A DNA stretch of 64,000 nucleotides from a virus (Duplodnaviria; Caudoviricetes), in the IMG/VR virus record IMGVR_UViG_3300028832_000095, positions 128,001-192,000 of that record; one strand, given 5' to 3'. Below are positions 29,505 to 40,978 of the stretch, piece after piece (the first letter of the stretch is position 1; the number at the start of each line of letters is the position of its first letter). Made by a program: the position numbers and the translations under genes. Under the pieces are notes generated by a model, which did not search any database, had not been told where the DNA came from, and saw only the letters and a list, made by a program, of their open reading frames with translations.

Positions 29505-29954
29505 ATGTATCTGGTATCAAAACGACATAAGTTGTTTAATGATCCACCTGAAAATCTTAAAGTATTTCAAACAGAATCCGCAGCATTATCATTTATAAAT
29601 AGCCTTGTATCAGATAGCGATTATGTGTACTGTATGACAGAAATTCGCAGTGGTAATGATTATCATATGCACTATGGATATCGGTATAGAGTATATGTTA
29701 CATGGCATATGATATATTTCTGTGTTGAAAGAGTTGAAGTTCTTGACAGATGTGAGATTAAAAATGATTGTTTATATCTTACAAATGTAAAGAAAGATGA
29801 TTATGAATTCTGTTTTGAGATTGAAACAATGTATGAACTTCATACAGATGAATGGATTGAAAGTCATGGATATTGTAGCAGTACAATTTCAGACGATATA
29901 CTCAGACAGAATAAACTTCCGAGGTTGATTGAAAAGTTATATTCAATTAAATAA
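29505..29954 (+). CDS. Hypothetical protein
   Basis: SD GGAGG. Confidence 0.55.
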   Translation: MYLVSKRHKLFNDPPENLKVFQTESAALSFINSLVSDSDYVYCMTEIRSGNDYHMHYGYRYRVYVTWHMIYFCVERVEVLDRCEIKNDCLYLTNVKKDDYEFCFEIETMYELHTDEWIESHGYCSSTISDDILRQNKLPRLIEKLYSIK

Positions 29955-29974
29955 TTACTTTATGGTGATTAAAT

Positions 29975-30415
29975 ATGATTAAATTATATGTCGAAAGACG
30001 AAAGAGGTTATCAGAAAGTCTTGATGCCCCGTGTGAAGGGATATTTTGGATTATTGATAATGAACTAATCGCATACACAGATCAGGTTGATACATCTGGA
30101 AAATTATCTACCACTCTTGAACATAGGAAGATATGGAATGAGATTAAAGATAAGTACACAGATGATGAAATGCAATTAGTTCCTTATGATTATTATCCTC
30201 GTGGAAGAGTTATGGTGAATCCTATTTATAAAGATGGGAAGTTCGATCACTATAATGCATATATTTATATGGATGAATGTATCAAAACATATGAAAACAT
30301 AACTGATATAATCTATGAGTTTAGGCTTAAAAATAATTGTGATATTAAGTATGTTGGTTCATCTGGTGGTGTTGAATCAGGTCATTATGTATGTCATAAC
30401 TGCAAAGGAGGATGA
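29975..30415 (+). CDS. Hypothetical protein (YPRGRV family) with MIKLYVE...LSES leader
   Basis: GIFW...H..IW...YDYYPRGRV...HYVCHNC. Confidence 0.6.
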   Translation: MIKLYVERRKRLSESLDAPCEGIFWIIDNELIAYTDQVDTSGKLSTTLEHRKIWNEIKDKYTDDEMQLVPYDYYPRGRVMVNPIYKDGKFDHYNAYIYMDECIKTYENITDIIYEFRLKNNCDIKYVGSSGGVESGHYVCHNCKGG

Positions 30416-31295
30416 TACAGTGGATCCTATTTGTGTAAATATTGCGTGTAGACAGAATGGTATGTGTGATACTTGCATTAAAGAATGTCAATTTTATACA
30501 GATATAGACTCTTTACTTAGAGTTCTCAGTTCGACAAAATATGGATTTGATGTTATCAGTGATGCTCATGAAATGACAATTCAGGAATACTATAATGATA
30601 TTGAAACGGAACTGATATTTTGAAAAGAGATAAGGAGGATTAAGATGGATATTAGAATTCTTGGTTACGCCGGAATTATTTGTTTTGCAATTCTTGTAAT
30701 TTGTGCTTTATATGCTGTTATTATGATCGCAGCAAACACTAAAAGGATTGCGGATGAATTAAAATATCTTAACAGGAATGTTTCTGACTTAAAACTCAAA
30801 ATGACGGGCAAGGATAATAAAACAGGGATTTATGATGATCTTGGAGGTGAATAAGATGGATTCTAAAGTAACAAAACAAATCATGGCAGTTTCTATCTGT
30901 CAACTTAGCAACAGTATCTCGGATCTCGGAAAGTTGCTACAAAATGATGAATTCACAGACACACTGTTTTTTAAAATGGAAGATGATTTGGAAGATTTCA
31001 TCATTGAGGTTTCAGATAAAATTATGGATGTTACAAGAAAAATGGCTTTAATGAAACTATCGGAGGGTAAGAATGAAGTTTAAGTTGATAGGTAGCTGCA
31101 AGAATTGTGATAAAGTTATCACTATGACACAAAGATTTGATATTCCTGAAACTGAAAAAGAATTCAGTGAAGCTGAAATTCTAAATGCTATTGCTTGTAA
31201 AGTACATAATGAAATTCATAAATGTTCTGCCGGAAGTCCTAATGTATTTGGTCTTGTAGAACCTTTTCAAATTGTAAAGGAGGATTGAGTCAAAA

Positions 31296-32093
31296 ATGCT
31301 CTATGTTAGTTTAATTATCATTGGATTTCTTTTATGTGTTTGTATTTATTTAATATATCAACTTAAAGGATCTGGTTCAAAACATAACAATGATATGAAA
31401 GATCTTGATAATAGTTATGTGAAAAAACAAGAGCAACTTCAAAAAGACTTTGAATCTCGTGTAAATGATATAAATGCTAGATTTTATGAGATTCAACAAT
31501 CATATATACAAAAGGAACAATCTTATGATGTTGAGATACAAGATATATTATTTCGGCTAGAGAACTATAAAGAATTAGAAAATAAAGTTGTTGAAAAGTA
31601 TAAACAAAAAGAGATTGATGAGAAACAAAGAGATTTTTATAGAATCATCCTAGAAAAGTCTGATCTCTCTGATGTTGAAAAGTTAAATGCTTTTGCCCCA
31701 CAACTTTCAAAGCCAGTTGTATTGTATAAACTAATGTATGAGGTATATTACAAATCTAAATTGGAGGAACTATTTAAGAGGTTGATACCTAGTGATTGCA
31801 CATCTGGAGGAATATATAAAATAACAAATATAAAAAATAATAAATGCTATATTGGAAGAACAACTAATTTTCTAACTAGGTGGAGAGATCATGCTAAGTG
31901 TGGGATAGGTGCTGATTCCGGAGCGCAAGTAAGGAATAAGTTTTACGAAGCAATAAAAATGGATGGTATTGAAAATTTTACATTTGAAATTATTGATAGG
32001 TGTGAAAAAGATATTCAACCAGAACGAGAAAAATTTTGGATTGATTATTATAAATCTACAGAATATGGATATAATACAGTATCAGGAGGTTAA
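31296..32093 (+). CDS. Membrane-anchored GIY-YIG nuclease
   Basis: N-terminal TM, coiled coil, GIYKITN...CYIG...RW..H...FTFEII...E..WI...GYN. Confidence 0.82.
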   Translation: MLYVSLIIIGFLLCVCIYLIYQLKGSGSKHNNDMKDLDNSYVKKQEQLQKDFESRVNDINARFYEIQQSYIQKEQSYDVEIQDILFRLENYKELENKVVEKYKQKEIDEKQRDFYRIILEKSDLSDVEKLNAFAPQLSKPVVLYKLMYEVYYKSKLEELFKRLIPSDCTSGGIYKITNIKNNKCYIGRTTNFLTRWRDHAKCGIGADSGAQVRNKFYEAIKMDGIENFTFEIIDRCEKDIQPEREKFWIDYYKSTEYGYNTVSGG

Positions 32094-32098
32094 TATTT

Positions 32099-33136
32099 AT
32101 GAAAAGTGTGTTTAATAAATGCTTGGCAATTCTAGTGTCTATTTGTATGGTTCCTTTGTTTAAGATCCATGTTGAAGCAAAGATAATTGAACCAGAAGTT
32201 GTAAAAACAGAAAAATGGACTACTTCTTATTTTATTGATGATGATATGGAAACTCTTTATCCATATGTTCAATGTGAAGCAGATATTTATAACGATGGAA
32301 CGATTAAATTCTATATGTGGAATACACATGAGTGGAATGGTTTTACAACATATGAACATAATTTATGTATTTGCGGAACACATATTTTTTATGATGAAGA
32401 TTCTATACCGTATCAGTATTATTTTGGGAAACGTGATGATTCTGGTATTCATTTTGAACAAGGAATGCTGGACAATACAATTTTGGAAGACGGTATTGTA
32501 CCAAATGATATAAATAATGAAAAAGTAGTTAATTTGTTTTTGAATTCTTTTAGTTATAAACCGTGTTCTTATGAGTTAGAATTATATGATTGTCCTATAC
32601 CAGAGACAATAGGTGTTATAGGAAAGAAAGATTCATTTAAGACATTTCCTATATTTATTGATATGGTTAAAAATATTTCACTTCCGAAGTTTTCAGAATA
32701 TTATTCAACTAAAAATAATCCAATAGTAAGGTTTACGTTAAAACCAAAAACAGAACCTATAAAACAGTATGATTTTAAATTATATGGTCACGGTATCACG
32801 ATTACACCAGAACTTCTTTCTGGTAGTGTGATAGCTACTCCGGAGCCTTCCGAACAAGAAAAACGTATTGCAGAACTAGAAGAACAGAATAAAATACTAA
32901 TTGAACAGAATAATCAACTTGAAGCAGAGATTGATAGAATCAACGAAGAAAATAATCACCTAAGTTTTGAAAATGATAGACTTGAATATGAAGTAAAATC
33001 ATTAAAATCTCAGCTTGATTCGATTTTAGTCGGTGATCTAAACAGTGATGGATCAATTGACATCCTTGATGCCATTGTAATTCGTAGATTCCTAGCAGGA
33101 ACTATTGAAGAACTACCATATAAAGGAGGAGAATGA
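32099..33136 (+). CDS. Secreted protein with coiled coil and single C-terminal dockerin-type repeat
   Basis: Signal peptide ending VEA; coiled coil; GDLNSDGSIDILDAIVIRRFLAG. Confidence 0.75.
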   Translation: MKSVFNKCLAILVSICMVPLFKIHVEAKIIEPEVVKTEKWTTSYFIDDDMETLYPYVQCEADIYNDGTIKFYMWNTHEWNGFTTYEHNLCICGTHIFYDEDSIPYQYYFGKRDDSGIHFEQGMLDNTILEDGIVPNDINNEKVVNLFLNSFSYKPCSYELELYDCPIPETIGVIGKKDSFKTFPIFIDMVKNISLPKFSEYYSTKNNPIVRFTLKPKTEPIKQYDFKLYGHGITITPELLSGSVIATPEPSEQEKRIAELEEQNKILIEQNNQLEAEIDRINEENNHLSFENDRLEYEVKSLKSQLDSILVGDLNSDGSIDILDAIVIRRFLAGTIEELPYKGGE

Positions 33137-33771
33137 ATATGTCAACCATGTCAGAGTGGGCAAGAAGAGAAGTTGAGATTGCCTGTAAAAAAGAAGCACC
33201 TAACCGAAAAGAATGTGAGTGGGATTATGGTTGTTCATGTTATGAATCAGCCTTAAAAGCATTTGAATCTTTATGTGAAGATGGTCATAGTGGATATAGT
33301 TTTTCTGTTACAAGAAATATTCTTACAAGACTTATGAATCATTATCCACTTACTCCAATCAATGATGATGAAACATGGGGAGAGTCAGATCAGTGTGCAA
33401 GAATGTCCTCTCTTTTTCGGGAAACAGATGAAAATGGCAACATCTTATATTCAGATGTAGATAGAGTTATTTGTATTGATACAGAAGATGGATGTACTTT
33501 TACAAATGGATTCATTACACGGATGATTGATAAGATGTTTCCAATAAAAATGCCATATTATCCGAATGGAAAATATCATGTTGAAGTTGAACATCTTTCT
33601 ACTACAAATGATCCGGATAGTTTTGATACCATTATTATTCATTCTATTAAACATCCTGATGGACACACAACGAAAGATTTTATTGCATTCGCAGAAGATA
33701 CGGAAGGTAAATTACATAAAATTAGTGAGGAAGAGTTATTGGTTAGAAGAAAAATGGCAGAAATGAGGTGA
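33133..33771 (+). CDS. Conserved phage hypothetical protein
   Basis: WARREVEIA...DGHSG.S...PLTPI...QC.RMSSLF. Confidence 0.65.
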   Translation: MNMSTMSEWARREVEIACKKEAPNRKECEWDYGCSCYESALKAFESLCEDGHSGYSFSVTRNILTRLMNHYPLTPINDDETWGESDQCARMSSLFRETDENGNILYSDVDRVICIDTEDGCTFTNGFITRMIDKMFPIKMPYYPNGKYHVEVEHLSTTNDPDSFDTIIIHSIKHPDGHTTKDFIAFAEDTEGKLHKISEEELLVRRKMAEMR

Positions 33772-33937
33772 GTACAATGAAAGTATATATCGTAACTGAC
33801 GACTGTGGAGCTATTATAAAAATATTCAAAAGTAAAGAAAGAGCTTATGAACTATATGATGAACTGATGAAAGAAACTCCAAGAACTTCTTTTTATTATG
33901 AAGTAATGGAGTATGATGTTGAAGAATAAGATTTATC

Positions 33938-33970
33938 AAGTACCTGACAGATTAGTTAGGTACTTTACTT
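33938..33970 (+). terminator. Intrinsic terminator
   Basis: AAGTACCTGAC...GTTAGGTACTT + T-rich. Confidence 0.6.
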
Positions 33971-34069
33971 TTGCTTAATTAAAATTAGATTTACTTTGTT
34001 TTTGTATAGTATATACAAAAATCATTATTATTTTGAGAGTAGTTTATAATGCTAAAATTCAAAAACCAC

Positions 34070-34098
34070 TTGACATTTCATAGATTTTGTGTTATACT
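34070..34098 (+). promoter_or_regulatory. sigmaA-type early promoter
   Basis: TTGACA-N17-TATACT. Confidence 0.85.
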
Positions 34099-34118
34099 AT
34101 ATTTACAAAGTATTATAG

Positions 34119-37100
34119 ATGGAGGTACATAAAATGGCAGTCACGTTCATCTCTTACACAGGTAAATATCCATGTCTTTGTTCCGGTATCCTCACTGTTG
34201 ACATTGATGGTAAAGAGTATCGTTTTGGATCGAAATGTGGTGATGATACACTGTATCCTAAGTTCTGGAGTTCCGGTGGATCTTGTGGGTTCGATAGTTC
34301 TTGGAATAGTTATATAGAACATAATTCCTGGATAGAGAGTTCCTTTTGGAGAACATACAAAGATAAAGATAAGGATAAAGAATTCTTCATTGAATCACAT
34401 CTCAGTGAACTTTTATCTGTTATGAATGCAAATGTTCCTCACGGATGCTGCGGAGGATGTTTGTAAAAATAAAAAAAAAGAAACGGAGGACAAAAAAGAT
34501 GGGAGTATACGCAAAGGTAAATGGTATTCTTTATTGTAATGCCGGAAATATTAAGACAAAGGATTTCAATATTGTAGATCAATGTCTTAAACGAATTATT
34601 CACGTTGGTGATCTGAAAAAAGATGACATTGTAATTGAATACTCACAGGGCGGAATTTATACATTCTATATCAAGGAATCTGTATATACTATCTGCTATT
34701 CAAGTGTTATTTCTACATTCAAGGAGGAAAATGTATAATGGTTACGGTTGATGTTAATATTATGATTGGAAATTTTACAAGTACAAAGACAATGGAATTT
34801 GACAGTCTTAACGAAGCACTTGATTATATCAAAGTTCATATGTTTGACAATTACAAGAATTGTCAGTATGTTCATGTTGATAACTATGATACTGAAGGTG
34901 AAATTTATCTTGTGGTTGTAAACGGAGCTATTATAACCGAGGTTACTATTACTGGAAATCCAGATGAGGAAGATAAATGAATTCACAGACAGAAAAACTG
35001 TTGATGAATATTTTTATCTATTAGAAAAGGAGTATGGTAATCATGACAAAAGATGATATGAGTACCGCAACAGATAAACTTCCAGTCTTTCTTGACGCAA
35101 ATGAATCACTTAAATTTTATCAAATTGAAAAGAATAGAAAGTATATTCAAATGAGAGACTATCTGCTATATGAGCACAAAATAGACAGTGATAAGATTAT
35201 TTCAGATATTACTGAAAGCATTTCTAGTCTGTTCCCGAAAGAGTTGAACGGGTTTAAGGTTGAATGGGAAGTTATTCTTGATAATATTTCAAGTCATGGA
35301 AGTGCTATATTCAAAGTAAATAGTAAGATTACAAGATTTGGTAATATGCATCTATATCAAACATTTGGAATTGTATGGGCATTGGATATAAACTATTCAG
35401 GATTCCTCGGTGATGAATTTATTAAAGACGGAATGAGAAGTGTAGAAGAACAAGTAAAAGAATTGATCTTTACTATGATAGAATGGAGTAATAAAGAGTA
35501 TGTGGATTGGTGAAAATAGAACAGTCGTAAGGTGTGAGGAAAGAGATATTAGTATTGTTTCTGCCAAATGTAATAAATGTAATAAATATGTAGAACAAGT
35601 AAATAACTTTTCTCCTATCCTGTCTTATGTTTACTGTCCGTTCTGTGGAAATAAAAATGCTGAAACAGAAACAAGGACAGACTGTAAAGGTTGTGATTAT
35701 TATATCACTCATACACCGACTCAAGCGTATTGCAGTAAACATAATAAGCACGTTGACGGATATGAAAACTATTTGTATCTCTATAAGATCTGTGGGTGTG
35801 AAGATGTAAAGAACGGAGGTTGATTGTTATGTGGGAAGAAGATTTTTGGGAAGACGATTATTCTGAATATGACAAACTTATCTACGACTTAAAAGAATCT
35901 TTGAAGTCTGGGATTAAACAGGAAGTTACAGATAAGATCAATGATTTGGAATCACAGTTATATGAGGTCAGAGAGTTTATTGCGGAACGTGACAGATATA
36001 TGGAAGAAATGAAAACACTTGAAAGAAAACTTGACGAGTGTGAAAAGTCTGTTGACAAACGAGCTAAAGATATTAGACTTCGTGAACTTCTTGAAATACT
36101 TAAAAAACCTGCTTGGGTGTGTGACTATAAATGGGTATATCCAAAAGAAAAATGTGATAAGTGTGATGATAAAAGAACAATTCATTTCTTTTCTCCGTCA
36201 GGTAAAGAACATACTGAAAGCTGTCCGTTTTGTGGATATCATAGAATGGAATATTACCCGCAAGAAGCAGAACTTATTGAGATCAAAGAAACAAAACCTG
36301 GTATTCGTATTGAACAAGAAATTCAAGGAGTTCATTTTACATTCGCAGTTCCTAGAAGATATGTAGAAAAGGAATTACGAGGAGAAGATATTTTTTATAC
36401 GAACATTGAAATTCTGTATGGTGGAGAAGATTTCAAATATTCTTATGATATCTTCCGTACATATTTCAGGAACAAAGAAGATTGTCAGAGAGCCTGTGAT
36501 TGGCTGAATGAGAGAACGATTAATGGTGAAAAATAAATTGGGATGGTGAACGATGTGAAAACATATGAAGTTGTAGATATGATCAATATATTCGGTGAAA
36601 ATGCAACACTAAAACAAGTTCTTTCAATTGTTTCTGGTGGAAGAAAGTACAAATGCCCGAAATGCATCGGGAAAGGTAAAATTACAGTTAGATATAACGG
36701 TTATCCGAAAGGTTTACCTGACAGTGGCTTTGTTTACGAAGAATCCTTTAAGGACATTGAATGTGATATATGTTGTGGCGAGGGGTACACAAGAGAAGAA
36801 TACAAGCCTAGATATATCCAAGATGGATTTGAAGTAGTCGTTGGAAACGGAGGAAAGCAGAAATGACAATGAGCAAGGATGAATTCGAGGCATACATCAA
36901 AAAACACAAAATCGCCAAAAAGACTATTATTGAGGCGTACATAGCGGAGAACCCGAAGGACGAATACCACTATGATGACATCGACGCTGTGTACCAGCTC
37001 CAAGTTGACACACAGATTGGAGCACATACCATCGGGCGTACAAGGCAGGGTCGCGTGGGATGCGGGCATGGATCGACAAGGACAATGAACGGCACAAAGT

Positions 37101-39470
37101 ACGGACATGACTACCAGTGAAGGGGATAATCAAGAATAGTAGTAATTATTTTATGAATTAGTATATTATTGTTGGTGAGGAGCGTAAATAATGACAAATT
37201 CTGATAGGATTAGACAGATGACGGACGAGGAACTTGCGGAGTTTCTGGATGAAGATGCAAGCTATACGTGCAGTATATGCACAAGGCATGATGCTAAAAA
37301 TTCTTGTAGTGATTACGAGTGTAAAAAATTTGTGCTTAACTGGCTACAAAAGGAGGCTGACGAAGATGAAACTAAAAGAATTGATTGATAACATGGCATA
37401 TGGAACACATTACAAGTTGCTTGGTGCTAGTACAGGTAAACATCTTGCAGACAGTTGGAAGAATAAAGAGGATTTCATTAAGGCATTTTTTGAAGATGAT
37501 GTTTCTGGTATTTTCCCATCTTTTGATGCCCAGAAAGATCACATTACGAAAGTTCCAAAATACATAGGACCTATGATTTGCATTTGGTTGAGTGGGAGGT
37601 GATAGAGATGACAGAATTGATTGATAAACAGAAAGTTATAAGATTGTTTATTGAAGGTGATGGTCACGATGATGACAGATTCACAGAAGGATATAATTTT
37701 GCTACTGAGAAATATCGTGAAGCAATCAAAAACATTAAACCATTAGATAACTGGATTCCATGCATTGAGAAACTACCGGAACAGTTAGTGGATGTAATTG
37801 TTTGTACTGACATTAAGACAGTCACACTTGCATGGCTGAATGGAGATCATTGGGTATTTGCTGATACTGGAAATGGACATACAGAGAATTGGAGTTTGGA
37901 TGCCGTGACACATTGGCAACCGAAGCCAAGACCTGTGGGGGAATATGCATAATGAAAATGAATAAAGAAGATTTTGCTGCCCTGATTTGTTTACTACTTA
38001 TATTTTTTCTGATAGGTGTTCTTGTTGGAGGTTATTGGTGTAGGAAGAATATGAGTAATGAAGAATCTAATAATCAATGTTCTTGTAGATGTTGTGAAGA
38101 ATAACATTATATAGTTTTGAAAGGTGTGAATAAAAAATGATTGAATCCTTTAAACAAGAAACGGTTGATAATACCACTACACATAAGATCAAAATGGTTA
38201 CAGGTGCTTGGTTATTTTGTGGTAACTATAAAGATTATGACGGAGATATATGTTCGGTTTACAGATGCTCTAATTGTTCGGAAAAAGTTATGAAAAGATC
38301 TAACTTCTGTCCGAACTGTGGATCTGAAATGAAAGGTTGGGCTAAATAATGGGAGAAGAATTAAAATATTATGATCTAAAAGATATTCTAAGATTTATTG
38401 GAATTGATTATGAATTTGAAAGAAAGAAAACATACCCTTTTAATAAGGATCCAAAACAAATCTCATTCTCATGGGGTCAGATCATAATTCCAAAACAAGG
38501 TATCCGAGATGTCGTAAAGAATAAGATTTGTGACAATAAAGAACTTCCTATTGATAGCATTAAGATGATGTATCAAATCCCGTTTAAGAATGATTGGAAA
38601 GATGGAACCGTTGGTATTGGAGTTATCAATCAGGATATTCAACTTACATTTAGATATGATAAAGAATATAAATATGGGAATATTACGAAATCAATTTACG
38701 AGGTTTGTTTTTATATCCTTGAAAATGCAACCGCTACAAATGATTTTTATATTATAACAGATGAAGAAGTTTTCAATTTCTTTTCCTATTACATTATTCC
38801 AAATCAATGGGGTCTTGGAAGAATGACAGTTTCAAGTCCTTGTGTTGAAAAATGGGAAATAAATGAGGATCAGATTAAGGAAGAAAAGGAAGAATACACT
38901 GCTGCTGAAGAGGATAAAAGCAATGATGTTCCATGCGAATCTTGTTCACACCTAATTCCAACAGCACCATTTGTAGCATCCTGTTCTAAATGTAATGTAG
39001 TTGTTGATGGTGATAATTGGACAAACACAAAAAATAATATGTGGAATAAGTGTAAGGGAGTGTGTGCTAAGTCATGTCGGATGAAGAAGTAAAGAATGGA
39101 TATTGGAAAGGTCTTACATCAAGATATTGGAAAGCTAATAAAGATGGATACAGTGGAGAATATAAAGATTATATATTCTATAAATGCTCTGTATGTGGTA
39201 GAAAAACTGTAATCAGGGAAAATTTCTGTCCGAGTTGCGGTAAAAAAATGAGTAAGGAGGAAATAAGAAATGACTGATTGGATCAAATGTAAAGATAAGT
39301 TACCAAAGGATCAAGTTAGAGTTTTGATTTTTACAAAATATAAAGGAAATGCAATCGCTAAAAGATGTGGCAATGGTGATTGGTATCTTGATAAGAATGA
39401 TTATCTGGCTGTCTATCATGCAAATGATAGACACGCACTGGATGCCACTTCCTAATGATCCGGAAGAATA
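34119..39470 (+). other. Early operon of about 15 small accessory genes (Zn-ribbon CxxC proteins at 35500, 35820, 36543, 38137, 39074; DUF551-like at 37578 and 39270)
   Basis: Tightly coupled short ORFs between promoter 34070 and terminator 39497; CxxC...NFCPxCG and W..C.E.LP...THW motifs. Confidence 0.65.
36863..37120 (+). CDS. Hypothetical protein with anomalously high GC
   Basis: 125/258 G+C (48%) by hand count; SD GGAGG. Confidence 0.55.
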   Translation: MTMSKDEFEAYIKKHKIAKKTIIEAYIAENPKDEYHYDDIDAVYQLQVDTQIGAHTIGRTRQGRVGCGHGSTRTMNGTKYGHDYQ

Positions 39471-39471
39471 A
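39270..39471 (+). pseudogene. Frameshifted DUF551-family gene
   Basis: WIKCKDKLP start; conserved THWMPLP end lies in the +1 frame. Confidence 0.55.
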
Positions 39472-39496
39472 AAGAAATAATATTCGTTATAATCAA

Positions 39497-39529
39497 CAAA
39501 AACCTCACATAAAGTTTGTGAGGTTTTTG
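39497..39529 (+). terminator. Intrinsic terminator
   Basis: CAAAAACCTCACA...TGTGAGGTTTTTG. Confidence 0.7.
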
Positions 39530-39552
39530 CTTTCTTATTTATCAAATATCTA

Positions 39553-39581
39553 TTGACATTTTACTTATTTTATGTTATACT
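39553..39581 (+). promoter_or_regulatory. sigmaA-type early promoter
   Basis: TTGACA-N17-TATACT. Confidence 0.85.
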
Positions 39582-39640
39582 ATATTTACAGAATGTTTAA
39601 TAGACATTTCTGATAACATTACTTTTCGGAGGTAGTTATT

Positions 39641-39820
39641 ATGGATAATACTGTTAGAGTTTGTCCGGAATGTAAAAAAGAATTTACAGGTTATGGATCA
39701 ATATCAAGAAAAGATGATAAAACAATTATATGTCCTGAATGTGGAGTAAAACAGGCAATGGGAGCATACGTTGAATATTTTGGCAGTCTTTCAAAAAATA
39801 AAGAAGAGGAATATTTTTAA
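39641..39820 (+). CDS. Small Zn-finger protein (not in ORF track)
   Basis: MDNTVRVCPECKKEF...SRKD...ICPECG; SD GGAGG. Confidence 0.65.
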   Translation: MDNTVRVCPECKKEFTGYGSISRKDDKTIICPECGVKQAMGAYVEYFGSLSKNKEEEYF

Positions 39821-40129
39821 CTATGAGTGAATATCTTAATGAAATTGATAATATCTCAACTGAAACTGTTCTGGACTTTGCGGCTAGGACTAATAACGAA
39901 ACGGCAAGCTACCTTCTTCGGTTTTATGGAGTAGAGAATTTTGACGGATCAGAACAAGAATATATGGAACTTATGGAGTTCCTGACAAGAAAAAGAAAAG
40001 TAAAGAATAACAAAGGCAATAAGGTAATGGCGTAAAATATATAAACAATCATTCTCACACAAATAAAAGTTATCTATAAAGGAACAATAAAATTGATTTA
40101 AGTAATCACAATTTATCTTATATGAAAGG

Positions 40130-40951
40130 ATGTTTAATATGGATAATTATTTTGTTGGTGTGTTTAAGAATGATGATTACGATGCTGACGGCAATCGTAT
40201 CTATGATGATGTTTTTACATTTGACGATAGATCCGATGCTTGGGATGAAGCCCTAAAATGGAACCTAAAAGGATATTGGGTTGAATTCGCTTCCATTGAA
40301 AAAGTAGGTTATGGTGATTATAGAGATGACTATGACTACTACGAAGAAGAGGATTACAATACATATGATTATGCTCCCTATGAGATGAGAAAATATATGT
40401 CCTCTATGGGAGAATCAAACAGGAGGAAAAACATGAAACTTAGAATTGATGAAGATAACTATGGTTATGATTCTAATGGTAATGAGATTGATGAGTCTAT
40501 GGTAGAGGAACTTTATAGAGTTGCCAATAGTGAAATTCTTTCTGAGTCTGAATTAGCTAAGATTGGTTATGCTGATATTGATGAAGATTCGTGGGAAGTG
40601 TATAACACCGGAACGGCATACGGGATGAATCTTACATACAATATCAATTTTGATGTAGATAGTAATGCTATTGATCTTGAACAGTTTGTTACTGATAAAA
40701 ATATTCTAATACCTATTTTTGATGCAGATCATGCTACGGCAAAACTCAATTTCGTTATCCATGTCTATAACGGAACTGATATTGAAGTAGAACTTACTGA
40801 CTATTCTGTATATGACTGCGGAGACTTCTATAGTGAATATGATACAAATAACTTCAAGAGTTATGTCAATGTCAAAGCACTGGAACAGCTTGTAAAGGAT
40901 ATGTCTCAGGAAGTTGTAAATGAGATTCAGGGAACATTGAGTAATATTTGA
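40130..40951 (+). CDS. Acidic protein with in-frame internal start (MKLRIDE at 40433)
   Basis: AGGAGG-6nt-ATG at 40421-40435, in frame. Confidence 0.65.
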   Translation: MFNMDNYFVGVFKNDDYDADGNRIYDDVFTFDDRSDAWDEALKWNLKGYWVEFASIEKVGYGDYRDDYDYYEEEDYNTYDYAPYEMRKYMSSMGESNRRKNMKLRIDEDNYGYDSNGNEIDESMVEELYRVANSEILSESELAKIGYADIDEDSWEVYNTGTAYGMNLTYNINFDVDSNAIDLEQFVTDKNILIPIFDADHATAKLNFVIHVYNGTDIEVELTDYSVYDCGDFYSEYDTNNFKSYVNVKALEQLVKDMSQEVVNEIQGTLSNI

Positions 40952-40978
40952 TTTTTGTGAAAATGGAGGAACACAAAA

